A DNA stretch of 64,000 nucleotides from Gammaproteobacteria bacterium. GTDB lineage: Bacteria; Pseudomonadota; Gammaproteobacteria; Natronospirales; REEB76. Below the pieces are notes generated by a model that saw nothing but the letters and a program-made list of their open reading frames with translations, had not been told where the DNA came from and searched no databases. The stretch covers positions 386,147-450,146 of the forward strand of contig DATEHU010000026.1 of the NCBI GenBank assembly GCA_035279405.1, in the 5' to 3' direction. Below, one piece after another: positions 22,842 to 32,223 of the stretch; position 1 is the stretch's first letter; each line of letters begins with the position of its first letter. Made by a program: the position numbers and the translations under genes.

Positions 22842-25800
22842 TTACATGGCCGCGATGCGCACCGCTTCGTCCACGTCCACGTCCACGAGCCGCGATACCC
22901 CCGGCTCGCTCATGGTCACGCCGATGAGCTGATTGGCCATCTCCATGGTCGTCTTGTTGTGCGTAATGAACACGAATTGCACGCGATCGGACATGCCGCG
23001 CACCAGATCGCCAAAACGGCCGATGTTGGCCTCGTCCAGCGGCGCGTCCACTTCGTCGAGCAGACAGAACGGCGCCGGATTCAATTCGAAAATGGCGAAT
23101 ACCAGCGCCACGGCGGTGAGCGCCTTCTCGCCGCCGGACAACAGGTGAATGGTGCTGTTGCGCTTGCCGGGCGGGCGCGCCATGACGGTCACGCCCGCGT
23201 CCAGCAGCTCCTCACCGGTCAGCTCCAGATAGGCATGGCCGCCGCCGAACAGTTTCGGAAAACTGCTCTGCAATCCGGTATTCACCTTGTCGAAGGTTTC
23301 CTGGAAGCGTGTGCGGGTCTCACGATCGATTTTGCGGATCGCCGCCTGCAGCGTTTCCAGTGCCTGGTTCAAATCCGTGAGTTGTGAGTCCAGGTATTGC
23401 TTGCGCTGCGCCTGCTCGCTGTATTCCTGGATTGCCGCCAGATTGATCGGGCCGAGGCGTTCGATGCGTTGATTGGCCGCGGCCAGCTTTTCGGTCCAAT
23501 CCGCAATGCCCGCACCGCCAGCCAGACCGGACAGCAGCGGCGCGAGCTCATAGCCGTCGGCACGCAACTGTTCCTCCAGTGTGCTGCGGCGCACGCGCGC
23601 TTCCTGGATACCGAGCTGCAATTGCTGCAGCTGTTCGCGCAGTTCCTCGGCGCGATGCTCACTTACCTGGCGCAGCTGTTCGAGTTTGCGCACCTGGTCG
23701 GCCATGGACTCAACCTGAGCACGCGCCGCGGCCAGTTCACTATCCATGTCCGTACGCCGCCGCAGCAGGCTTTGCAGTTCGCTCTCCTGCTGACCCGCGG
23801 GCGCGGCTGCATCCTGGATGGCTTGCCGTAATGCCGTGGCGCGCGTATCCATCTGCGCAAGCTGTGCCTGCATGCGCTCCAGATTCTGGCGCGTGGAATC
23901 ACGCGTGGAGCGCTGCGCCTCGAACTTGAGCGCCAGGCCATGCCGGGTTTCGGCATCCTGCAGGGCGCGCGCGCGTGCTTCCTCGGTGCGGCGGCGCAGT
24001 GCATCGCGTTCGGTCTGCAGTGGTGTGCGCTGCGACTCCAGCGCCTGCACCCCGTCCTGTGCCGCGTGCAAGTCGGTGCGCGCAGCCTGCAATTCGGCTG
24101 CAACCGTTTCCAGTTGCCGGTTCAAATCGGCGAGTTCGACATCCAGTTGCACAGTGCGCTGTTCCAGATGCTGCAACCGTTCCCTGGCGCCCTGGTGTTG
24201 TGCGCGCAGGTCCGCCTGCTCGCCGGCGGCTTGATTGAGGCTGTCCTGCAGCTCCTCGCGCTGCGCCTCGAGTTCCCGCATGCGGCGGCGCGCGCTTTCC
24301 TGGCGCGCAGCCTTACCGGTCACTTCGCGTTCGATGTTGGCGAGCTGCGTCTGGTGCTGCTTGAGTTCCTGGGCGCGTGCCAGCACACCCGCGCGTTCAT
24401 CCTCGCCGCGAATGACCCGCAACCAGTGGCGCCCGAGCCAGAGACCGTCGCGCGTAATGACCGATTCGCGCGCGGACAGTCTGGCGCGCATCACGAGCGC
24501 GGCCTCAAGGTTCTCCGCCGTGCGCACGCTCCCCAGCCAATCGCTCAGATCGAGCGGACCTTCGACTTTGCCGAGCAGGCTGTCGCGATCGCCGGAGCCG
24601 GCCTTGCCGGCCTTTTCCACAAATGAGAGCGAGCCTCCGGTGAGGCTGGCCAGTTTCGCGGCGTCGTCCGCAAACTGCTCCACGCATATTGCTTCCAGGT
24701 GGTAGCCGAGCACGGTTTCCACCGCCCGCTCCCAGCCGGGCGCCACATTGATGAGCTCCGCCAGGCGCGGTTGTCCATCGAGTTTGCGCTGCCTGAGCCA
24801 ATCGGAAACCTGGGCGCGGCTCTTGCCGAGCGCCGCCTGTTGCAGCGCGTCGAGCGCGGCGAGGCGCCCACGGCGATCTTCGAGCTGAGTGCGCAGGGCA
24901 TGCAGTTCGGTGCTGAGCTGCTGGTCGCTTTCCCGCAACCCGTCGAGCTCGCGGGTCGCCTGTTCGAGTTCGGTTTGCAGGCGCGTGCGCGTGGCTTCCG
25001 CCTGCTGGATGGCTTCATCCAGTTCCTCGATGCCCGCTTGGCCTGCATCCGCGGACAGTCCGGTGCGTTCGCCCTCCAATTTGTCGCGCCGCTGCAGGCC
25101 CTGAGCGTGCTGGCGCTCGAGGTGCTGGATGCGCGTGCGCGCGACTTCCGCGGCCTGCGCCTTGTCGCCGGCCTCACGGTTGAACGCTTCCCAACGTTCC
25201 TGCCACAGCTGCAGCGCACGCTCGGCCTCTGCCAACGACTGCGTGGAGCACCGTTCCCCGGCCAATGCCTGATCGCGCGCCGGCTCGAACGACGCCAGCG
25301 CGGCATCCGCACGCGCGATCTGTTCGCGGTCACGGTCTATATGACCTTCAATTTCCTGACGGCTGGCTTGCAGACCGTCGAGATCCTGCTCGTGCTGACT
25401 GCGGGCCTCGCGCAGGTGCTGCAACGACTGTTCCAGCCTGGCGGTGGCAGTCGCCAACTCGTAGGAACGCGCCTGCACCCGGGTCAGGCCGTCGCCGGCT
25501 TGGGTGTGCTGCTCCCGGGCCTTCTCCAGCCCGCTCTCGATGCCGCGCTGTTCGGCAATCGCGGCCTCCAGGCGGGTTTCATGTTCACGGATAATGCCTT
25601 CCTGGCCGCCTACTTGCTCGTCCAACTCGCGCCAGTGCAGCACCTTGAGTTCGGCCTCCAGGCGGCGCTTGTCCTCGTTCAGGGATTTATAACGTTCGGC
25701 GGCCCGCGCCTGCCGGTGCAGGTGCTCGATCTGCTTGCTGACCTCGTCCAGCACGTCGTTCAGGCGTTCGATGTTCTCGCGCGTCGCGTGCATGCGGCTC

Positions 25801-26342
25801 TCGGTCTCGCGGCGCCTTTCCTTGTAGCGGGAAATCCCGGCCGCCTCTTCCAGAAACACGCGCAGTTCCTCCGGCTTGGATTCCACCAGGCGCGTGATCG
25901 TGCCCTGCTCGATGATGGCATAGCTGCGCGGCCCGAGCCCGGTGCCCAGGAACAGGTCGGTGACGTCGCGGCGGCGGCAGCGTGTGTTGTTGAGAAAATA
26001 GTTGGAGGTGCCGTCGCGCACCACCTCGCGCCGCACAGAGATCTCCGCGTAGTTGGCGAACTGGCCGCCGATGGCGCCGTCGGAGTTGTCGAACAGCAAT
26101 TCGATGGACGCCGCGCTTACCGGCTTACGGGCACTGGAGCCGTTGAAAATCACGTCCGCCATGGAGTCGCCGCGCAGCTGTTTGGCGGAGAGTTCGCCCA
26201 TGACCCAGCGTACGGCATCGATGATGTTGGTCTTGCCGCAGCCGTTGGGGCCGACTATGCCCACCAGGTTGCTGGGCAGGTGGATGATGGTCGGGTCCAC
26301 GAAGGATTTGAAACCCGACAGTTTTATTTTGCTGAGCCGCAT
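22842..26342 (-). CDS. smc: chromosome segregation protein SMC
   Basis: Start trimmed to MRLSKIKLSGFKSF (M32 of the listed ORF). Walker A GPNGCGKTNIIDA, long coiled coils, signature LSGGEKALTAVA, Walker B FCLLDEVDAPLD. Confidence 0.95.
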   Translation of the reverse strand: MRLSKIKLSGFKSFVDPTIIHLPSNLVGIVGPNGCGKTNIIDAVRWVMGELSAKQLRGDSMADVIFNGSSARKPVSAASIELLFDNSDGAIGGQFANYAEISVRREVVRDGTSNYFLNNTRCRRRDVTDLFLGTGLGPRSYAIIEQGTITRLVESKPEELRVFLEEAAGISRYKERRRETESRMHATRENIERLNDVLDEVSKQIEHLHRQARAAERYKSLNEDKRRLEAELKVLHWRELDEQVGGQEGIIREHETRLEAAIAEQRGIESGLEKAREQHTQAGDGLTRVQARSYELATATARLEQSLQHLREARSQHEQDLDGLQASRQEIEGHIDRDREQIARADAALASFEPARDQALAGERCSTQSLAEAERALQLWQERWEAFNREAGDKAQAAEVARTRIQHLERQHAQGLQRRDKLEGERTGLSADAGQAGIEELDEAIQQAEATRTRLQTELEQATRELDGLRESDQQLSTELHALRTQLEDRRGRLAALDALQQAALGKSRAQVSDWLRQRKLDGQPRLAELINVAPGWERAVETVLGYHLEAICVEQFADDAAKLASLTGGSLSFVEKAGKAGSGDRDSLLGKVEGPLDLSDWLGSVRTAENLEAALVMRARLSARESVITRDGLWLGRHWLRVIRGEDERAGVLARAQELKQHQTQLANIEREVTGKAARQESARRRMRELEAQREELQDSLNQAAGEQADLRAQHQGARERLQHLEQRTVQLDVELADLNRQLETVAAELQAARTDLHAAQDGVQALESQRTPLQTERDALRRRTEEARARALQDAETRHGLALKFEAQRSTRDSTRQNLERMQAQLAQMDTRATALRQAIQDAAAPAGQQESELQSLLRRRTDMDSELAAARAQVESMADQVRKLEQLRQVSEHRAEELREQLQQLQLGIQEARVRRSTLEEQLRADGYELAPLLSGLAGGAGIADWTEKLAAANQRIERLGPINLAAIQEYSEQAQRKQYLDSQLTDLNQALETLQAAIRKIDRETRTRFQETFDKVNTGLQSSFPKLFGGGHAYLELTGEELLDAGVTVMARPPGKRNSTIHLLSGGEKALTAVALVFAIFELNPAPFCLLDEVDAPLDEANIGRFGDLVRGMSDRVQFVFITHNKTTMEMANQLIGVTMSEPGVSRLVDVDVDEAVRIAAM

Positions 26343-26422
26343 GCTGAATGGTGCCGCCGCGCGCGCTGCCGATCCTGGCCGCGTAGTGTAAAGTATTGGC
26401 GCCTGAAAACGCAGTAGCCGAC

Positions 26423-26812
26423 ATGCCCGCCGCACCCAGCAAAAATCTCGAGACTTTTGCCAATCCGCATCCGGAGCGCGACTACACGATCCGTATCCGC
26501 ATCCCTGAATTCACCTGCCTGTGCCCGCGCACCGGCCAGCCGGATTTTGCCGAGTTGCTGCTGGAATACGTGCCCGGGCAGGCTTGCGTGGAGCTCAAGG
26601 CGCTGAAACTCTACATTTGGAGTTACCGCGATCAGGGCGCGTTTCACGAGGACGTCGCCAACCGTATTCTCGGCGATTTGGTTGCGATGCTGAGCCCTCG
26701 TTTCATGCGCCTTACGGCACAATTCAACGTGCGTGGCGGCCTGTACACCACGGTGGTCGCGGAGCACCGCCAGCCCGGCTGGCAGTGCCCGGCGCCTGTG
26801 GCCCTGCCCTGA
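26423..26812 (+). CDS. queF: NADPH-dependent 7-cyano-7-deazaguanine reductase (type I)
   Basis: [14 protein letters not shown] catalytic-Cys motif and [19 protein letters not shown] 26423 is preferred over TTG 26396. Confidence 0.9.
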   Translation: MPAAPSKNLETFANPHPERDYTIRIRIPEFTCLCPRTGQPDFAELLLEYVPGQACVELKALKLYIWSYRDQGAFHEDVANRILGDLVAMLSPRFMRLTAQFNVRGGLYTTVVAEHRQPGWQCPAPVALP

Positions 26813-26819
26813 CGGCGCC

Positions 26820-27560
26820 GTGTTCGAGGAATTCGCCCACGGCGCGCGCTGCCTGTTTCAGGGTTTCACCTGGCTGACCCGCCCCGGTGTGCGGCGCTAT
26901 GTAATCCTGCCGCTGCTCATCAACCTGCTGCTGTTCGCCGCGGCCATTGCCCTCGGTGCGCGCTATTTTGACGCCTGGTTGGTTCACTGGATTTCGGGTC
27001 TGCCGCACTGGCTGGCGTGGCTCACTGCAGTGCTGTGGGTAGTGTTTGCACTGGCCGCGGCCGTGGTGCTGTTTTATGCCTTCTCGTTGCTCGCCACCCT
27101 CATTGCCGCACCCCTGGATATTTTCCTGGCCATGCGCATCGAGGCCATGATTACCGGTCGCCGCCCCGAGACCGGCCGCAGTCTCGTCATGGACATCGTC
27201 GTGGGGCTGCGCAGCCAGCTCCAGCGGCTCCTATATCTCGTGTGGCGCATGCTCCTGATTGCGGTGGTGGGACTGGTGTTGCTCTTTGTGCCGCTGTTCG
27301 GCGCACTCACGCCCCTGCTGTGGTTTGTGTTCACCGCCTGGACTCTGGCCATCGTGTATTCGGATTTCCCGCTCAGCAACCGGGGCGTAACGTTTATCGA
27401 ACAACGGCGCTTGTTCAGGCAAAAGCGTGCGCGCATGTTCGGCTTCGGTGCGGCCGCAGCGCTGTGCACCATGGTGCCGGTGGTGAATTTCATCATCATG
27501 CCCGCGGCAGTCGCCGGCGCCACGGTTTTATGGACAGAATCACCGGCGCCGAACTCCTGA
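26820..27560 (+). CDS. cysZ: sulfate transporter CysZ
   Basis: [27 protein letters not shown] is a typical CysZ N-terminus. Start set to in-frame GTG 26820, just after the queF stop. 246 aa. Confidence 0.78.
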   Translation: MFEEFAHGARCLFQGFTWLTRPGVRRYVILPLLINLLLFAAAIALGARYFDAWLVHWISGLPHWLAWLTAVLWVVFALAAAVVLFYAFSLLATLIAAPLDIFLAMRIEAMITGRRPETGRSLVMDIVVGLRSQLQRLLYLVWRMLLIAVVGLVLLFVPLFGALTPLLWFVFTAWTLAIVYSDFPLSNRGVTFIEQRRLFRQKRARMFGFGAAAALCTMVPVVNFIIMPAAVAGATVLWTESPAPNS

Positions 27561-27675
27561 AGCGGGTCGCAAGCCGAATGCGGCCGGGCGATTTTTCGCC
27601 GGATGCAACTTGCCTCGCACGGCGCAATCCGGTATAAACTGCGCCGCTTTATCTCAGGGTCAACGGGAGTTTTGC

Positions 27676-28224
27676 ATGCCGGCCAGGACCAAAGCCGCGA
27701 TTTCATCCAAAGCTGCAAGAAAGCCAGCCGGCAAGGCCGTATCCAAGGCCAGCCTCAAGAAAGTCACCGCCAAACCCGCTGCCCGCTCGCATCGCCGCCG
27801 CTCCGCGGCCGACGGCTTTATGGGATTCACGCCCTATCCGCTCAAGAAGGGCGAGCCCTACATGAATGAAAACCAGCGGATGCATTTCCGCAACATTCTG
27901 CTGGGCTGGAAACGCGAGCTGATGGAAGAAGTAGACCGCACCGTGCACCACATGCAGAACGAGGCAGCCAACTTCCCGGACCCGAATGATCGCGCCACCC
28001 AGGAGTCCGAATTCAGTCTGGAGTTGCGCACCCGCGACCGCGAACGCAAGCTCATCAAGAAAATCGACGAGGCACTGGCCGCGGTGGAAGCCGGCGAGTA
28101 TGGGTATTGCGATTCCTGCGGAGTGGAAATCGGCATCCGCAGGCTGGAAGCGCGCCCCACCGCCACCCAGTGCATAGACTGCAAGACCCTGGACGAAATC
28201 CGCGAAAAGCAGATGACGGGCTGA
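27676..28224 (+). CDS. dksA: RNA polymerase-binding transcription factor DksA, with a basic N-terminal extension
   Basis: [12 protein letters not shown] coiled-coil tip and Zn finger [28 protein letters not shown] 27676 is preceded by a GGGAG SD. Confidence 0.9.
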   Translation: MPARTKAAISSKAARKPAGKAVSKASLKKVTAKPAARSHRRRSAADGFMGFTPYPLKKGEPYMNENQRMHFRNILLGWKRELMEEVDRTVHHMQNEAANFPDPNDRATQESEFSLELRTRDRERKLIKKIDEALAAVEAGEYGYCDSCGVEIGIRRLEARPTATQCIDCKTLDEIREKQMTG

Positions 28225-28230
28225 GAAGAT

Positions 28231-28459
28231 GTGAGGGGTGAGGGCTGAGGGAGTGAGGAGGGAGGGGTAAGAGGAAGGCATAAATTCATTTGTTTACCGA
28301 TTATTCCATTCCACGACGCACGTTGAATCTCAGTTTCACCCGATTGGCACGTGTCCCGGCGCCAAACTTGCGGGCTGTTCTTTCTTAACTCCTCACCCCC
28401 AACACCTCGCTCATCAGCTCTTTTGAACTCCTCACCCCTCACGCCTCACTCCTCACCTT
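28231..28459. repeat. inverted arrays of degenerate GTGAGGG heptads (G-rich arm 28231-28278, C-rich arm 28388-28459) flanking an AT-richer core
   Basis: Read directly from the sequence. 28231-28243 GTGAGGGGTGAGG is the exact reverse complement of 28430-28442 CCTCACCCCTCAC. Confidence 0.7.
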
Positions 28460-29358
28460 ACATCGGCCGATTTGCACCCTCGCCCACCGGACCGCTGCAT
28501 TTCGGCTCGCTGGTGGCCGCGCTCGGGAGTTTTCTCGACGCGCGTGCTCACGGCGGTCGGTGGCTGCTGCGCGTTGAGGATCTGGACCCGCCCCGGGAGC
28601 AAATTGGCGCCGCTGACAATATCCTGCGCAGCCTGGAAATCCATGGGCTGCATTGGGACGGGCAGGTGCTGTATCAGCATGCGCGGCTGGCTGAATATAA
28701 GGCTGCCGCCGCCAAACTTCAGACCGAGGGCTGGGCATATCCCTGTGCCTGCAGCCGGCGGGAAATTGCGGACAGTGGGGTGCGCGGCCTGGAAGGACCG
28801 ATCTACCCAGGAACCTGCCGCCAGGGCGTACCCGCCGGCAAACCGGCACGCGCACTTCGTATCCGCGTGCCCGACGGTGAGACGCTGTCCTTCGAGGATC
28901 GCCTGCAGGGAGTCGTGCACCAGTCGCTGGCCCGGGAAATCGGTGATTTCGTGATTCGCCGCGCCGACGGTTGCTTTGCGTATCAATTGGCGGTGGTGGT
29001 GGACGATGCCTTTCAGGAGATCTCCCACGTGGTGCGCGGCGTCGACCTCTTGCTGTCCACGCCCCGGCAGATGTGGCTACAGCGCCGGTTGCGCTTGCCG
29101 ACACCTTCTTATATGCATCTGCCCGTGGCGCTGACTGCGGCTGGCGAGAAACTGAGCAAGCAAACCGGCGCCCAACCCCTGAATGACGCTCGGCCCGGCG
29201 CAAATATCTTCAGGGTGCTGGAATTCCTGCGCCAGGCTCCGGTGAAAGATCTGAGGGGCGCCCCGCCGAGTGAACTTGCGGCATGGGCCATCAGGAATTG
29301 GCAGCCCAACCGGTTGCGCGGTATATTGAGCCACGAAATAGCACCAGAAAGCACATGA
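28423..29358 (+). CDS. gluQ: tRNA glutamyl-Q(34) synthetase
   Basis: YIGRFAPSPTGPLHFGSL (class I HIGH region) and KLSKQ. Conserved dksA-gluQ synteny. Start uncertain: TTG 28423 is the nearest start codon upstream of the conserved region, and GTG 28351 is the alternative. Confidence 0.85.
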   Translation: MNSSPLTPHSSPYIGRFAPSPTGPLHFGSLVAALGSFLDARAHGGRWLLRVEDLDPPREQIGAADNILRSLEIHGLHWDGQVLYQHARLAEYKAAAAKLQTEGWAYPCACSRREIADSGVRGLEGPIYPGTCRQGVPAGKPARALRIRVPDGETLSFEDRLQGVVHQSLAREIGDFVIRRADGCFAYQLAVVVDDAFQEISHVVRGVDLLLSTPRQMWLQRRLRLPTPSYMHLPVALTAAGEKLSKQTGAQPLNDARPGANIFRVLEFLRQAPVKDLRGAPPSELAAWAIRNWQPNRLRGILSHEIAPEST

Positions 29359-29376
29359 ATAATAATACATAAGATA

Positions 29377-30417
29377 TTGATAATAATGAATAAAGGCATG
29401 ACATTAAGCGCAGAATTAAGGCCAGAAATCGCGCAACACAATGGCAGTGGAAAAGTCATTCCCAGCGCATTCAAACCCAGCCACCTGCTCCGCAACCGTC
29501 ACCTGCAGACCATTTTCCCCAATATCGTGTACCCCGGTGCACGCCCGCCGCTGCGGCGCGAGCGCCTGGAGCTGTCGGACGGCGATTTCATCGACGTGGA
29601 CTGGACGCTGGGCGGTAGCGGCCCCATCGTCATCGTGCTGCACGGTCTGGAAGGATCGATCAAGTCGCATTATGCCGCACGCATCATGCGTCGCATCCGG
29701 TGCCTCGGCTGGCGCGGAGCGCTGCTGAACTTCCGCGGCTGCAGCGGCCAACCCAACCGGCTACCCATCGGTTACCACTCGGGATTCACCCAGGATCTGG
29801 AATATTTCACCCGCCTGCTCAAACAGCGCGAACCCGCCACGCCCCTCGCGGCGGTAGGCTATTCGCTAGGCGGCAGTGTGCTCCTCAAATGGCTCGGTGA
29901 AACTCCGCACAGCGGCCGCCTGCTCACGGCGGTCGCCATATCGGTGCCCTTCGATCTCACCGAGGCTTCCAATACCGTTGAGCACGGCGTCTCGCGAATC
30001 TACAAATGGAGCCTTCTCGGCAGGATGCGGCGTTCGACGGCACGTAAATTCAAGCTGGTCAAGGCGCCGTTCCCGCTCCCCAAGGTACGCACGCTGCGCA
30101 GTTTCAGGGCTTTCGACAACGCGCTGACCGCACCACTGCACGGCTTCCGCGATGCGGATGATTATTACGCCACCTGCAGCAGCCGTCAGTATCTGAAGAA
30201 CATCACGGTACCGACGCTGGTCCTGCATTCCAGCGACGATCCCTTGATGACGCCGGCTTCAGTGCCCAGCGAACCGGAACTTTCGCCCGCGGTGACGCTC
30301 GAACTTAGCCACAAGGGCGGCCACGTGGGTTTCGTGAACGGATCGCTGCTGCGGCCCAACATGTGGCTGGCGGAACGCATCAGCCGGCATTTGATCCAGA
30401 CTCTGCCCCACGCTTGA
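29377..30417 (+). CDS. alpha/beta hydrolase, YheT-like
   Basis: NRHLQTIFP N-terminal motif, nucleophile elbow VGYSLGGSV, and a C-terminal GGHVGF. Start ambiguous (TTG 29377, ATG 29386 or ATG 29398). Confidence 0.8.
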   Translation: MIIMNKGMTLSAELRPEIAQHNGSGKVIPSAFKPSHLLRNRHLQTIFPNIVYPGARPPLRRERLELSDGDFIDVDWTLGGSGPIVIVLHGLEGSIKSHYAARIMRRIRCLGWRGALLNFRGCSGQPNRLPIGYHSGFTQDLEYFTRLLKQREPATPLAAVGYSLGGSVLLKWLGETPHSGRLLTAVAISVPFDLTEASNTVEHGVSRIYKWSLLGRMRRSTARKFKLVKAPFPLPKVRTLRSFRAFDNALTAPLHGFRDADDYYATCSSRQYLKNITVPTLVLHSSDDPLMTPASVPSEPELSPAVTLELSHKGGHVGFVNGSLLRPNMWLAERISRHLIQTLPHA

Positions 30418-30434
30418 GCGTCATGGGAGGATTT

Positions 30435-32042
30435 ATGGGATTGCATTGCACTCGTACGCTTTCACTGGTGCTGTTCCTGGCGCTGTGCGCAACTTCATCG
30501 GGGTCATGGGCTGGCAGCCCTGCGCAAACCTTAGTGCCTGCCGTGCCACTCGATCAGGCCTCCATCGCCGAACTGCATCAGCGGCTGTTTGACGGCTCTA
30601 TCAATGTACAGGAGCTGACCCAGTATTTTCTGGATCGCATCGCCAAGCTCGATCAGGCCGGCCCGCACGTGAATTCGGTCATCGAGGTCAACCCCGACGC
30701 GCTCGAGATCGCACGCCAACTGGACGCAGAGCCGAGGAGTCTGGCGCGCAGCCAGCCGCTCTATGGCATACCCATCCTGCTGAAAGACAACATTGACACC
30801 GGCGATCGCATGCTGACCACCGCGGGTTCGCTCGCGCTGATGGGCGCGCCCGCAGCGCGGGACGCCACGCTGGTCGCCAAACTGCGCAAGGCGGGTGCCG
30901 TGATTCTCGGCAAGACCAATCTCAGCGAATGGGCCAATTTCCGCTCCGAGCACTCGACCAGCGGCTGGAGCGGCGAAGGCGGCCTGACCCACAATCCCTA
31001 CATCCTTGACCGCAACGCCTGCGGTTCCAGCTCGGGATCGGCGGCCGCGGTAGCGGCCGGCTTCACCACCGTCGCCATCGGTACCGAAACCGACGGCTCC
31101 ATCGTCTGCCCCTCCGCCGTCAACGGCGTGGTCGGCATCAAGCCGAGTCTCGGGCTGGTGAGCCGCGCCGGCATCATTCCCATCAGCCACAACCAGGACA
31201 CCGCCGGGCCCATCGCGCGCAGCGTGGCCGATGCCGCGGCGGTGCTCACGGTCATTTCCGGCAGCGATCCGCGGGATCCCTATACCAAGAAAGCCAATCC
31301 GCACGTCAAAGGCTACAGCCGGTTTTTGACAGCAGGCGCACTCAAAGGCAAGCGCATCGGCGTGGTGCGCGCGCTGGCCGGTTACGACCCCAACGTCGAC
31401 CAGATCCTGGACCATACTGTCGCGGTACTGCGAGCGCAGGGCACCGTCGTGATTGATCCGGTCGTCATTCCGCATCTCGACGATTACGGCAAATCTGAAC
31501 AGACCGTGCTGCTCTATGATTTCAAGCACGATCTCAATGCCTACCTCGCCACGCGCAAAGGTCTGGCCGTGCACAATCTCGCGGAGCTGATTGCATTCGA
31601 CAAGGCCCACGCCGCACAGGAAATGCAGTGGTTTGGCCAGGACGAATTCATCGCTGCGGAAGCCAAAGGTCCGTTGACTACCAAGGCTTACCGTGACGCG
31701 CTTGCCAAGGACAAGCGGCTGTCCGGCCCCGAAGGCATTGATGCGGCCATGAAGAAATACCAGCTGGATGCCCTGCTCGCGCCCACTACCGGCCCCGCCT
31801 GGACCACCGATCTGGTCAACGGCGACCACGTGACCGGCGGCAGTTCCTCCCCGGCGGCGGTGGCCGGCTATCCCGACATCACCGTACCCGCAGGTTTTGT
31901 CCACTGCCTGCCGGTCGGCATAAGCTTCTTCGCAGGCAAATGGAGCGAACCCAAGCTGATCGGCATCACCTACGCCTTCGAACGGGCCACGCACGCGTAT
32001 CGGCCGCCGCAGTTTCTGGCGAGTGTTACAGACTGCAAATAG
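30435..32042 (+). CDS. secreted amidase (amidase-signature family)
   Basis: Start at ATG 30435 after a GGGAGGA SD. Signal peptide LFLALCATSSGSWA. AS motif CGSSSGSAAAVAAGFTTVAIGTETDGSIVCPS. Confidence 0.85.
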   Translation: MGLHCTRTLSLVLFLALCATSSGSWAGSPAQTLVPAVPLDQASIAELHQRLFDGSINVQELTQYFLDRIAKLDQAGPHVNSVIEVNPDALEIARQLDAEPRSLARSQPLYGIPILLKDNIDTGDRMLTTAGSLALMGAPAARDATLVAKLRKAGAVILGKTNLSEWANFRSEHSTSGWSGEGGLTHNPYILDRNACGSSSGSAAAVAAGFTTVAIGTETDGSIVCPSAVNGVVGIKPSLGLVSRAGIIPISHNQDTAGPIARSVADAAAVLTVISGSDPRDPYTKKANPHVKGYSRFLTAGALKGKRIGVVRALAGYDPNVDQILDHTVAVLRAQGTVVIDPVVIPHLDDYGKSEQTVLLYDFKHDLNAYLATRKGLAVHNLAELIAFDKAHAAQEMQWFGQDEFIAAEAKGPLTTKAYRDALAKDKRLSGPEGIDAAMKKYQLDALLAPTTGPAWTTDLVNGDHVTGGSSSPAAVAGYPDITVPAGFVHCLPVGISFFAGKWSEPKLIGITYAFERATHAYRPPQFLASVTDCK

Positions 32043-32223
32043 TCCGCGAGAAAATGATCACGAGATAGGCCGAAAACGCAAACTTCTACCGTCTCTTAAC
32101 CCTCTGTCCATGAAACCGGGGCTGCTTCAAACACTTCCTCACGCAGGATGTGCCTATCTGGGTGTCCGTTAAATCAGGGGCAGTTCAACCTGACCCCTAT
32201 TTTGTTGCAAAGGTGACGGATCG

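Noticed and set aside
28231-28459. Checked whether the GTGAGGG arrays could be a CRISPR array
   Set aside because: The units are 7-nt degenerate tandem heptads in two inverted blocks. There are no 25-40 nt repeats alternating with unique spacers. No CRISPR array was seen anywhere in the window.
29359-29400. About 40-nt strongly AT-rich tract (AATAATAATACATAAGATATTGATAATAATGAATAAAGG) between gluQ and the hydrolase gene
   Set aside because: Most simply a promoter or UP-like spacer and start region for the hydrolase gene. There is no repeat or dyad symmetry that would indicate a specific operator.
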